A DNA stretch of 24,046 bases from a virus (IMGVR_UViG_2617270979_000003:1-24046), one strand, 5' to 3'. Positions 9,839-17,594 are shown, counted from the first letter of the stretch. Notes: generated by a model from the sequence alone, not told the origin. A program made the numbers and translations.

Positions 9839-10437
9839 TACGCAAACTCCAGCAGCTGCGCGGCCACATTTTCGACTTGTTCCGGAGAGGAAAATTTACG
9901 GAACAGAATCCAGTTCCACAGCACATTCAGAACAGATTTATAAACCTGCTGAAACTCGACTTCGTCCATATTCGCAAAAGCGATGGATTTCGCCCGACGC
10001 CCATGGCTACCGTCCGGATAAAAATGTTCGGTGTAAAATCCAGCCTGAATGGTTACCCACTCGCGAAAAGCCTCAAACGACTTTAACAATGCCGTATCCC
10101 GGGTTCTGCGTGTCGCAACTGTATTCAGATATTGCTCTGCGGCATCACTCAGGGCTGGCGTGTGTTCCCGACCAACTGATTCGCACAGGTAATCAACGAA
10201 ACCAGACAGCAGTTTTCGTTCGCGAGGCGTGATCGCCCCACCGACCGGAGTCCAGTAATCAAATCCCAGTTGCAGGAGTTTGAAAAAACGCTTGTGGAAT
10301 GCGTAGTTACGCACACGCTTAAAGTCTGCGTGTATCCACTCGCCTATTTTGATTTGATGCAGAAAATCACAACTCTCCGGCGTCGCCGGGAGAAGTAATC
10401 CGGAAGAGGTTTGTTTGACCAGTTGTATATGCGCCAT
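9838..10437 (-). CDS. Conserved lambdoid nin-region protein of unknown function
   Basis: 199-aa ORF with ordinary codon usage, 1-nt overlap with the downstream gene; no motif I can name with confidence. Confidence 0.55.
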   Translation of the reverse strand: MAHIQLVKQTSSGLLLPATPESCDFLHQIKIGEWIHADFKRVRNYAFHKRFFKLLQLGFDYWTPVGGAITPRERKLLSGFVDYLCESVGREHTPALSDAAEQYLNTVATRRTRDTALLKSFEAFREWVTIQAGFYTEHFYPDGSHGRRAKSIAFANMDEVEFQQVYKSVLNVLWNWILFRKFSSPEQVENVAAQLLEFA

Positions 10438-10710
10438 TTCTCAATCTCTCGATGGCGCAGCGCAGCAGATGCCAGTTGTTCAGGCTGACGTATGAAGTAT
10501 AAATAAACTGGCTCCAGTGTAAAGCCCCCACCTTAATAGAATAAAAACCAAACAACAGATTGCTGGGATACAAACAACGCTTATTATTAAAAGCGGTTAA
10601 ACAAATTAAATTTTAATGTTATGCAAATTTGTCAGATCACCATAATATCTCATTTGAAAACCGCTGAAATAACAACCCTATCAGGATTAATCATATTAAG
10701 GTGAGTAAAT

Positions 10711-10797
10711 ATGGAAAACAACAAATCTGCACATTACGTTCCTTTTTTATCTGTAATACTTTTTGTTTTATGCTGTGCGTGGGCATTATTTTTATAA
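10711..10797 (+). CDS. Candidate small hydrophobic peptide (28 aa, MENNKSAHYVPFLSVILFVLCCAWALFL)
   Basis: ATG preceded by AAGGTGA at 7-nt spacing; single hydrophobic helix; below the ORF-track cutoff; convergent with hok. Confidence 0.3.
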   Translation: MENNKSAHYVPFLSVILFVLCCAWALFL

Positions 10798-10865
10798 AAA
10801 TATTTACAGATGAAATAAACCCGCCAATCAGGTTAACTGTGGCTGCGTTGAGGATGCATAATACA

Positions 10866-11114
10866 TCAGAGGTTGCGGGGATTTCTCCCCGCTGGTCCTC
10901 TTACTCCCCAAGTTCGTAAGCTGTGAAGACAGCGACCTCCGTCTGGTCGGTTCGGATTCGTACCTCGCAGAGGTCTTTCCTCGTTACCAGTACCGTCACT
11001 ATAACGGTTAAACAGATGACGATCAGGGTGATTAACATCGCCTTTTGCTGCTTCATAACCTGCTTCTCCTTGACCTTTTGGTCGGTAAGAGGCTAATCTA
11101 CGTATGCAAAGCAT
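10866..11114 (-). CDS. mok: Mok-like overlapping reading frame (translational coupler for hok)
   Basis: 82-codon ORF in another frame that starts 58 nt upstream of the hok ATG, spans hok and ends beyond its stop; GAGG 8 nt upstream of its ATG. Confidence 0.45.
   Translation of the reverse strand: MLCIRRLASYRPKGQGEAGYEAAKGDVNHPDRHLFNRYSDGTGNEERPLRGTNPNRPDGGRCLHSLRTWGVRGPAGRNPRNL
10901..11056 (-). CDS. hok: Hok/Gef-family type I toxin (51 aa)
   Basis: Hand translation of the minus strand gives MKQQKAMLITLIVICLTVIVTVLVTRKDLCEVRIRTDQTEVAVFTAYELGE, nearly identical to HokD/RelF as I recall it; absent from the ORF track because it is under 60 aa. Confidence 0.85.
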   Translation of the reverse strand: MKQQKAMLITLIVICLTVIVTVLVTRKDLCEVRIRTDQTEVAVFTAYELGE

Positions 11115-11170
11115 AGATGTGGCCTCAGATTAATGTTAAGCGTCTTGCCGGACGCGTAATGTTAACTGGG
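11106..11170 (+). ncRNA. sok: Predicted Sok-like antisense RNA (approximate boundaries)
   Basis: Plus-strand TTGACC (11070..11075), 18-bp spacer, TAATCT (11094..11099) would start a transcript complementary to the mok SD and start codon; 3' end not defined. Confidence 0.3.
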
Positions 11171-11481
11171 GCTTTTCTCTATCTGCCTTTGGTGTTCATG
11201 CCCGAGGCAGACAGCCTCAAGCACCCGCAGCAATTCTACTTAACTATCCTTTTCCCGCAAATCGTTTTATCCTCAACGCAAATTTCACCAGTCCCCCCAA
11301 CTCGTGTCCCTTACCCTAAGGCTGTTTCCCTCTTTACACAGAAGATAATTAATGTATTATTTTTTACAAACAATCAATTAAGAGCTATCTGTGGGTGGAG
11401 TCGACTTGCGGTAGCTTTTTCTTTTATGCATTGCACACATTCATGCTCTAATATATTCCTATATGTTCAAAAGGACTTTTC

Positions 11482-12414
11482 ATGCACAGCGTTAACTTCT
11501 ATTCATTCCGTGTGTTAACCCACAAGGGCAGCCGAACCAGCAAAAGACTAAACAACCTAGGTTTAAGCGATAAAAAAACAGCATATGAATTATTTGTTGA
11601 GTATTTTAATAGCTATAAAAACACACCTATTGAATTTGGTCTCTCGAAAACAAAGGTTTCTCTTGAACAACACACATCACTCACCTTTGATGCTCAAAAC
11701 CAAGTAATATATGGATATGTAAAGGTTGGGAAATATGGTGAGAGCAGTGAAATAAAAGACGATAAACTTACTAAAATACGTTATACAACAACTATCAACG
11801 ATGTAACTCTCAAACAGCGTTACATTTTAATATTTTTGCCAGACAATTTAGAAGAAGGGATTATAGCATTTCACGCTAATGACAATATTTCTGCTCGCAG
11901 CACACTCTCTGATGCATTACTAGACCACTTGAAAACAAAATATAAACTTGAAGCGAGAATCAATCCTCTTTGCCACAAAAAAATCCCCCAACACATCCTT
12001 GATTCAGAATTAAAACAAATAAAAGCCCAAGGTTACAAAGCACCAAAGGACATCACGGATTCATTCGGAAATAACAAAACAAACATCAAAACCGATTTGG
12101 TAATAAAAGCAAATCAAGGCGTATTTGGTAGTTTTAAAGACTTAAAAGACAAAAAACTAGGAAATATAATAGAAATAATTGAAGATAAGTGTGACGCAAT
12201 AAAAGTTAGTTTACAATTAGGCAATAGAACAGTCATTTTTAATTACGACACCATCTTAAGAAAAGGAATTTCTGCCGAATTAGATGATAACGACTTAAAC
12301 ATAAACGCATCTACAGGAATCCCCGATCTTAAAGCACTTCATGACACTGTTAAAATCATTGCGAATGATATACTAAGTGAGTTACATAGTGGTAATGGGG
12401 GATTAAAAATATGA
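11482..12414 (+). CDS. Hypothetical soluble protein (310 aa), first gene of an A+T-rich two-gene cassette
   Basis: Long ORF with AAGGA 6 nt upstream of the ATG; K/N/I/D-rich composition; no predicted TM segment; no catalytic motif I recognise. Confidence 0.7.
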   Translation: MHSVNFYSFRVLTHKGSRTSKRLNNLGLSDKKTAYELFVEYFNSYKNTPIEFGLSKTKVSLEQHTSLTFDAQNQVIYGYVKVGKYGESSEIKDDKLTKIRYTTTINDVTLKQRYILIFLPDNLEEGIIAFHANDNISARSTLSDALLDHLKTKYKLEARINPLCHKKIPQHILDSELKQIKAQGYKAPKDITDSFGNNKTNIKTDLVIKANQGVFGSFKDLKDKKLGNIIEIIEDKCDAIKVSLQLGNRTVIFNYDTILRKGISAELDDNDLNINASTGIPDLKALHDTVKIIANDILSELHSGNGGLKI

Positions 12415-12965
12415 ACAAGATTAACGTAATGAGTGTAATAAAAAAACATTACACAACAATGTCGGATCAACGCGGAAATATTTTACTCGAAGACATCGCA
12501 ATACACTTCATTATTCCTCTTACATTATCATTAATCATATGTTTTACCTATGGGATAATGAAAACCTCTATCGCATCTGTTTTTGTTAACTTTGGAGCAA
12601 TTACTACCGCACTGTTAATGAGCGCGGTTATTATGATCTACGATCAAAAACAAAAAACTGTATTTAAAATTTCAGACATTGAGGAAAACAACAAACCACG
12701 TTCAAATCTAATAATTTTAAATAATAATAAAACCGTATATGAGCAATTATGTCACAATGTTTCTTATGCTATATTAACATCTGTAGCGTTAGTTATTTTT
12801 TCGGTTGCAATATATTTTCTCCCAGAAACCCCAAGTGAATTAAAAAAATGGTATTTCGCAACCCCTGCTTACATAATCAGTTATTTAGCATACTCATCCT
12901 TCTTTTTTACCGTAGTAACATTCTTGATGGTTATAAAAAGATTTAGCACAATATTAGATAGTTAA
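12411..12965 (+). CDS. Hypothetical four-helix membrane protein (184 aa), second gene of the cassette
   Basis: Start overlaps the upstream stop (ATGA at 12411..12414); four hydrophobic segments at about residues 28-50, 55-77, 117-137 and 150-176. Confidence 0.7.
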   Translation: MNKINVMSVIKKHYTTMSDQRGNILLEDIAIHFIIPLTLSLIICFTYGIMKTSIASVFVNFGAITTALLMSAVIMIYDQKQKTVFKISDIEENNKPRSNLIILNNNKTVYEQLCHNVSYAILTSVALVIFSVAIYFLPETPSELKKWYFATPAYIISYLAYSSFFFTVVTFLMVIKRFSTILDS

Positions 12966-12976
12966 ACAATGAAACC

Positions 12977-13005
12977 ACCGCCCTTTCGGGCGGTTTCCTG
13001 ATTTT
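12977..13005 (+). terminator. Intrinsic terminator after the two-gene cassette
   Basis: ACCGCCC-TTTC-GGGCGGT stem-loop followed by TTCCTGATTTT, 12 nt after the stop codon. Confidence 0.6.
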
Positions 13006-13171
13006 ATGAGGGTGCAGAAATACCTCCGGCTAAGGATTAAATTTTATTTACAGTGCTAACTTAATTATTCATGCGTGCGAAGTTGTTCCGCGCAAAGATC
13101 GTTAAATGCGCCCGCCCGAACTTCAGCAAGTAAAGCATTGACAGCGACTACCCACGGATAGTTAATCTTGT

Positions 13172-13609
13172 TCACCACACAACCTCCTGAATATTTCCAT
13201 GGTAGAACGCGAGTACACGCTGCATAACTTCTCTCTTCAGGCACTCGCGACAGATTATGTTCAGACGCCTGTCGTAACGGCGTATTTCTCCGTCTGGTAA
13301 TGACCAGATAAGGTCAGGATCAACCACAACCGGTTTCTTCACCTTTGCCCTTGATAGTTTTTTGCGGGCGTTTTGCCAGTCTTTACGCGCCTGCTCAGAC
13401 GGGAATAATCCGTAGCCTGAATTGTAAACATCACCACTGGCGACCAGTTCTCTGGCGAGAGTGCTTATGTAATACCTTGATGCACCGGTTTTAGCCTCCA
13501 GAGCCCGTAACGTCTCGCGACCGCTCAGACGTACAAGTTCAACAACCTGCCCTTTAATTTTTTCCCGCTCTTCTGGTGTAAATACTTTTGCCATAGGTGC
13601 CTCCGGCAA
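13172..13609 (-). CDS. Hypothetical DNA-binding protein (HTH-like segment, C-terminal CxxC)
   Basis: 145-aa ORF; segment LRALEAKTGASRYYISTLARELVASG looks like a helix-turn-helix; CRECL near the C-terminus; start abuts the upstream gene stop. Confidence 0.5.
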   Translation of the reverse strand: MPEAPMAKVFTPEEREKIKGQVVELVRLSGRETLRALEAKTGASRYYISTLARELVASGDVYNSGYGLFPSEQARKDWQNARKKLSRAKVKKPVVVDPDLIWSLPDGEIRRYDRRLNIICRECLKREVMQRVLAFYHGNIQEVVW

Positions 13610-14026
13610 TCACTTTTCCGATGCAACATGGCGGGAAGAATCAGTAATCTGTCGTACAATATCCCTGTGCTTGTTCAGCTCCCGCAGCGCGGCGCAGACA
13701 CGCTCCCACTTCTGGACATGATTTTTCGCCCGACGCAGTTCGCGGTTTGCCATATGCAGTGATGGTAAAACCAGGTCATCCGCTCGCGTTTCAGTAAACG
13801 ATGGCAGCGACTGCACAATGTCCGCCACAGTTTCTGTTTTAATATCTTCCTGTGTTGCAGCCTCCTGTACTGGTAACGCAACACCTGCGGGCTGAGGAAA
13901 GGCCTTACCAGCAGTTTCCGCTACCGATGCTGCTTTCGGCTCTGCTGGTAAATTATCGCCCGGTATGCAGTAACGAAATTTACCGCCCTGATTTACGCGA
14001 AGCAGACGACCTTTGCTGATTGCCAT
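13610..14026 (-). CDS. Hypothetical protein in the replication region; start uncertain
   Basis: The 190-codon ORF overlaps the 3' end of the ydaU-like gene by about 200 nt in another frame; an internal Met (MAISKG...) reduces the overlap to 47 nt. Confidence 0.4.
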   Translation of the reverse strand: MAISKGRLLRVNQGGKFRYCIPGDNLPAEPKAASVAETAGKAFPQPAGVALPVQEAATQEDIKTETVADIVQSLPSFTETRADDLVLPSLHMANRELRRAKNHVQKWERVCAALRELNKHRDIVRQITDSSRHVASEK

Positions 14027-14876
14027 TGCCAGCGTTGAAGCCACTTTGCGTGATGTGGTACCAAACAATGTACCCCCTGAAGCCTGGCGGGATCGCACTA
14101 TCCGGTAACGAGACGGTGTTAACCTGTCGGAGTAACGTCTCAGGTCGAACACCTTTCGGCGCGAACAAGCCCTGGTATTCATTGGCGATGCTGTGTCGAA
14201 TCACCTGCTCAGGTGAAAAACCCTGCTGGCGGAATTTTTCCAGCTCCCGTATCGCCCCGTTAGCGCCCTGCTCCGTTCGAATCGGTTTTCGCAATGCCTG
14301 GCGAAATTCAACCCACTCACGCCAAAGCGAGACAGAAATCCAGTTCGGCAAAGTAATATCCAGAGGGTCAAACTTTTTGACACCTCGATTCCCCCGGGGG
14401 GGATTTAGGGGGGGATCTGTTTTTAGATCTTTATCTGTATCTTTATTAGTTGCCTTTGTGTTGACATCATGTTCAAACACCACTTCAACATCTGTTTGAA
14501 CACCTGTTAAATTTCTCTCTTGTTTTGTTTGAACATCTGCTTCCTTTCTGCTTCTTCTGGCCTGAACAGATGCTTTTCCTGCGGCTGATTTTTTGGTTAA
14601 TTTTTCCCTGACTGATGCCAGATCTTCCTCAATCCGAAGATGCACCCATTCCTCGCCGTTATCGCAAAAAAACTCCTGCAAGGATGGTTCAACATCAGCC
14701 CATCGCTCGTTAGTCAGACGGGCAATTTTTGCCAGCCTGTTTTTAGGTATTGGCTTTCCTGTTTGCCAGTAATTGAACATCAGCAACAAATACGCACCAT
14801 GCTCCTCTGCTGACAAATGCATGGTGTCAGCCAGGTAATCAGCTATGTACAGTTGCATGTATGGTAATGCGGCCAT
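13980..14876 (-). CDS. ydaU: YdaU-like (DUF1376-type) putative replication initiation protein
   Basis: N-terminus [37 protein letters not shown]; position downstream of ydaS-ydaT as in Rac; contains two G7 homopolymer tracts. Confidence 0.7.
   Translation of the reverse strand: MAALPYMQLYIADYLADTMHLSAEEHGAYLLLMFNYWQTGKPIPKNRLAKIARLTNERWADVEPSLQEFFCDNGEEWVHLRIEEDLASVREKLTKKSAAGKASVQARRSRKEADVQTKQERNLTGVQTDVEVVFEHDVNTKATNKDTDKDLKTDPPLNPPRGNRGVKKFDPLDITLPNWISVSLWREWVEFRQALRKPIRTEQGANGAIRELEKFRQQGFSPEQVIRHSIANEYQGLFAPKGVRPETLLRQVNTVSLPDSAIPPGFRGYIVWYHITQSGFNAGNGNQQRSSASRKSGR
14391..14414. repeat. Homopolymer cluster C5G7 ... G7 inside the ydaU-like gene
   Basis: Read directly: CCCCCGGGGGGG ATTTA GGGGGGG. 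Confidence 0.9.
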
Positions 14877-14939
14877 AATTGCCCCGTATGATGCTGCCCG
14901 GTGGCTTAGAATAAGCACAAACAGCATGGAAACTTTTGC

Positions 14940-15362
14940 TTAATGAACAATGACAGAATCGTCGGAAGAACCGCCGCCGCTGAAATGCGCTTTCCGGTAA
15001 ACGGCTTGGACTGCATCATCATGCGCATCAATTGCCGTACTTAACGCTTCCTGCGCCGCCAGTAATGCACGGCGTTCCAGGGTATCGAAGATGCAGAGTC
15101 GGTGACGCAGCTCGCGCGGAAGGATTGCCAGAATTGCTGGGATCAGCTTCTGAATTTTTTCTCTTTGCGTTTTCGTTTCACCTTTCAACCAACGGTGATA
15201 GATATTCTGCTGATTGTTCCAGTCCTTGCCTGGAACCAGGGGCAATTCGCCGCCCCCCTGGCGCAGATATTCTTCAGTAATTGCATTGGCTACCCATGCC
15301 TGCCCTTTTTCGGCTGCTAGGGCAAACAACACTGATTCGATGTGCTCATGCTTGATTTTCAT
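14940..15362 (-). CDS. ydaT: YdaT (Rac immunity-region protein, toxic partner of YdaS)
   Basis: 140-aa ORF directly downstream of ydaS; length and N-terminus match my recollection of Rac YdaT. Confidence 0.85.
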   Translation of the reverse strand: MKIKHEHIESVLFALAAEKGQAWVANAITEEYLRQGGGELPLVPGKDWNNQQNIYHRWLKGETKTQREKIQKLIPAILAILPRELRHRLCIFDTLERRALLAAQEALSTAIDAHDDAVQAVYRKAHFSGGGSSDDSVIVH

Positions 15363-15384
15363 GAATCATTTGCCTCTTGATGTT

Positions 15385-15681
15385 TCAGGTATGATCAAAT
15401 GAGGATTTGTTACTGTCATTTAGTTGCTTCACTGACATATTCTGCGAACAACATGCCGAACGTCGTAAATATGACCAGTCAATATCAGGACGAAGTTCTT
15501 CGCACAGAACCTCACCTCTTGTTGCACGTTCAATTGCTGGACATCTCTCGGCAGGCAATTGACGTACCCCTTTGATCCATTGATTTACGCTTGGAGGTGA
15601 TACACCTAAAAGCCTAGCCATTGCTGATTGCCCACCGACAACAGCACAAGCTTGCTTGAATGAATAGTTCTCTTTTTTCAT
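15385..15681 (-). CDS. ydaS: YdaS (Cro-like HTH protein)
   Basis: 98-aa ORF divergent from racR, beginning MKKENYSFKQACAVVGGQSAMARLLGVSPPSVNQWIKG (HTH); GGAG 8 nt upstream of the ATG. Confidence 0.85.
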   Translation of the reverse strand: MKKENYSFKQACAVVGGQSAMARLLGVSPPSVNQWIKGVRQLPAERCPAIERATRGEVLCEELRPDIDWSYLRRSACCSQNMSVKQLNDSNKSSFDHT

Positions 15682-15708
15682 CGAATGAACTCCAAAAACA
15701 CACAGAAA

Positions 15709-15753
15709 ATATTAGGCGACGCCTAACGCAATTGTCAATAGGCTGTGCCTAAT
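15709..15753 (-). promoter_or_regulatory. ydaS promoter (-35 TTGACA, -10 TAATAT) overlapped by operator palindromes TTAGGCG-A-CGCCTAA and TAGGC-TGT-GCCTA
   Basis: Minus strand: TTGACA (15738..15733), 18-bp spacer, TAATAT (15714..15709); perfect 7-bp-arm palindrome at 15712..15726 within spacer/-10; second palindrome at 15737..15749 overlapping the -35. Confidence 0.5.
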
Positions 15754-15805
15754 GCAGTAAGGGTAGGGATTGACTAATGTAATGCGCATAGGAGAATATT
15801 AAGCA

Positions 15806-16282
15806 ATGCTTAGTGGTAAAAACTTAGGCCGAGCGATAGAGCAGGCCATTAACAAAAAAATCGCATCGGGATCCGTCAAATCAAAGGCGGAGGTCGCACG
15901 CCACTTTAAAGTCCAACCACCATCAATTTATGACTGGATTAAGAAAGGCTCTATAAGTAAAGATAAACTTCCAGAATTATGGCGTTTCTTTTCTGATGTT
16001 GTTGGTCCAGAGCATTGGGGGCTTAACGAATACCCCATACCAACCCCCACCAATTCAGATACAAAAAGTGAACTTTTAGATATAAACAACCTTTATCAAG
16101 CAGCCTCTGATGAAATAAGAGCGATTGTAGCTTTCCTGTTATCTGGAAATGCTACAGAACCAGATTGGGTTGACCACGATGTTCGCGCCTACATAGCAGC
16201 GATGGAAATGAAAGTGGGTAAGTATCTGAAAGCTCTTGAATCTGAACGGAAAAGCCAGAACATCACAAAAACTGGAACTTAA
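15806..16282 (+). CDS. racR: RacR prophage repressor
   Basis: 158-aa ORF divergent from ydaS, with an HTH-like N-terminal region; length and context match Rac RacR. Confidence 0.85.
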   Translation: MLSGKNLGRAIEQAINKKIASGSVKSKAEVARHFKVQPPSIYDWIKKGSISKDKLPELWRFFSDVVGPEHWGLNEYPIPTPTNSDTKSELLDINNLYQAASDEIRAIVAFLLSGNATEPDWVDHDVRAYIAAMEMKVGKYLKALESERKSQNITKTGT

Positions 16283-16377
16283 ACTTATATGGTCTGACGG
16301 AAAACTCCTGGATTCCGTTATTTAACCCCCCCATCACTTTCTGCTGTCGCCATCACCTATTAGGTTACGCTCAAAAC

Positions 16378-16421
16378 ATTAGGCATAGCCTATTGACAAC
16401 CAATTAGGCATTACCTATAGT
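16378..16421 (+). promoter_or_regulatory. pL-like rightward promoter (-35 TTGACA, 17-bp spacer, -10 TATAGT) overlapped by operator palindromes; inverted copy of the ydaS promoter/operator element
   Basis: ATTAGGCATAGCCTATTGACAAC (16378..16400) is 21/23 identical to the reverse complement of 15731..15753; -35 at 16393..16398, -10 at 16416..16421; TAGGC-ATA-GCCTA palindrome at 16380..16392. Confidence 0.5.
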
Positions 16422-16590
16422 TCCAGCATGCCACCCACCCCGCCCCACAGAACGCCGGGCAATACTTCGAGTTACCAGGCAGTGGTAAGGGGTTAAGTAG
16501 CCAGCCCGAGGCGTATGAACATGACGGCGGGATTCAAATTTTGCAGTGCAGCAGTTAGTTCCGCCACCCGGCGTTAATGGGAGAGATAAG

Positions 16591-16725
16591 ATGGTGCATT
16601 ACGAAGTAGTTCAGTATTTGATGGATTGTTGCGGTATCACTTACAACCAGGCTGTGCAGGCTTTACGCAGCAACGACTGGGATCTCTGGCAGGCAGAAGT
16701 CGCTATACGTAGCAACAAGATGTGA
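16591..16725 (+). CDS. ydaG: Small protein YdaG-like (44 aa)
   Basis: Hand translation MVHYEVVQYLMDCCGITYNQAVQALRSNDWDLWQAEVAIRSNKM; GGGAGAG upstream; Rac has 44- and 51-aa genes between racR and sieB; symbol assignment from memory. Confidence 0.5.
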   Translation: MVHYEVVQYLMDCCGITYNQAVQALRSNDWDLWQAEVAIRSNKM

Positions 16726-16735
16726 GATTCGCAAA

Positions 16736-16891
16736 ATGCAAAAAATCGACCTCGGCAACAACGAATCCCTGGTGTGCGGCGTGTTCCCCAACCAGGATGG
16801 AACGTTCACTGCCATGACGTATACCAAAAGCAAAACATTTAAAACCGAAACTGGTGCGCGCCGATGGTTGGAGAAGCACACAGTAAGCTAA
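16736..16891 (+). CDS. ydaF: Small protein YdaF-like (51 aa)
   Basis: Hand translation MQKIDLGNNESLVCGVFPNQDGTFTAMTYTKSKTFKTETGARRWLEKHTVS; stop overlaps the convergent sieB stop. Confidence 0.5.
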   Translation: MQKIDLGNNESLVCGVFPNQDGTFTAMTYTKSKTFKTETGARRWLEKHTVS

Positions 16892-17376
16892 CGATTAAAA
16901 CGTCTACTCCTGCTGTTCCAGAATAACTTCATAAAATGGGAGTATTTTTCGGTGACGAGATAATAAGAACAGTTTGCGCTATCACTCTGATGTTGAATGA
17001 TGCCCTTCCGTTCTAATTTTTTCATAACCGGGTTACGGCAAGGAGAAGTGATAATAAGATTTCCTGTTTTAAGGAAATCTTTAAATACAGCGATTTCTTT
17101 CTCAGATAAACGAAGCAATACTCGTTGCTCTGGTAGTAATGAATAATGCTTTTGAATATGTGCTCGCAATCTTGAGAAGGAAATGGCGACCACGAAAGAA
17201 AAGGCAAAAACGATAATCTGAAAGAGCCAAGGTATTTCAGTATAAGCATTGAATGCGACAGTAAACTCTTTCGGTATCAGCCAGAGAGTGAGACCAAAAA
17301 TGATAATCGTATACATAAGTCTTTCGAGTGGCTCGTTAGCAAAAAGTTTCAACAATGGAGTAAATACATCCAACAT
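16888..17376 (-). CDS. sieB: Superinfection exclusion protein SieB
   Basis: From the internal Met (MLDVFTPLLKLF...) the product is 162 aa with two hydrophobic segments, matching Rac SieB length; the upstream extension in the ORF track is unlikely to be translated. Confidence 0.8.
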   Translation of the reverse strand: MLDVFTPLLKLFANEPLERLMYTIIIFGLTLWLIPKEFTVAFNAYTEIPWLFQIIVFAFSFVVAISFSRLRAHIQKHYSLLPEQRVLLRLSEKEIAVFKDFLKTGNLIITSPCRNPVMKKLERKGIIQHQSDSANCSYYLVTEKYSHFMKLFWNSRSRRFNR

Positions 17377-17594
17377 ATCAATAACTCTCAACTGTAAGGG
17401 TATTGAAATGTTAACACAAGCTCTCGCTGTAGGGGTATAGCCGAGACCACCGAAGCCCGGAGGTGGTGAAATAAAACCGGGCACAACACGAAGGCGCATT
17501 TCCGATATCCATAAAGAGTCGGTCTTGTCTGTTAAATTTAAATGGTGGGAGTGCGCCTCCGGTTGTAAATAACGACATTGCTGTGTGTAGTCCT

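Noticed and set aside
11117-11518. 133-aa plus-strand ORF upstream of the cassette
   Set aside because: Overlaps the hok/mok leader and sok region and runs into the cassette start; no SD; the product is proline/leucine-rich and looks non-coding. The region is better explained as hok mRNA leader plus cassette promoter.
11482-12414. Possible nucleotidyltransferase (CD-NTase-like) motif in cassette gene A at GKYGESSEIKDDKL
   Set aside because: Spacing and residues do not fit the [GS]-x(9-13)-D-x-[DE] signature and there is no second acidic motif; not supported.
15776-15805. Possibility that racR mRNA is leaderless like lambda cI from pRM (weak -10 GAATAT ending 7 nt before the ATG)
   Set aside because: An AGGAG Shine-Dalgarno-like element lies 11 nt upstream of the ATG and the -10 match is poor; a conventional leadered transcript is at least as likely.
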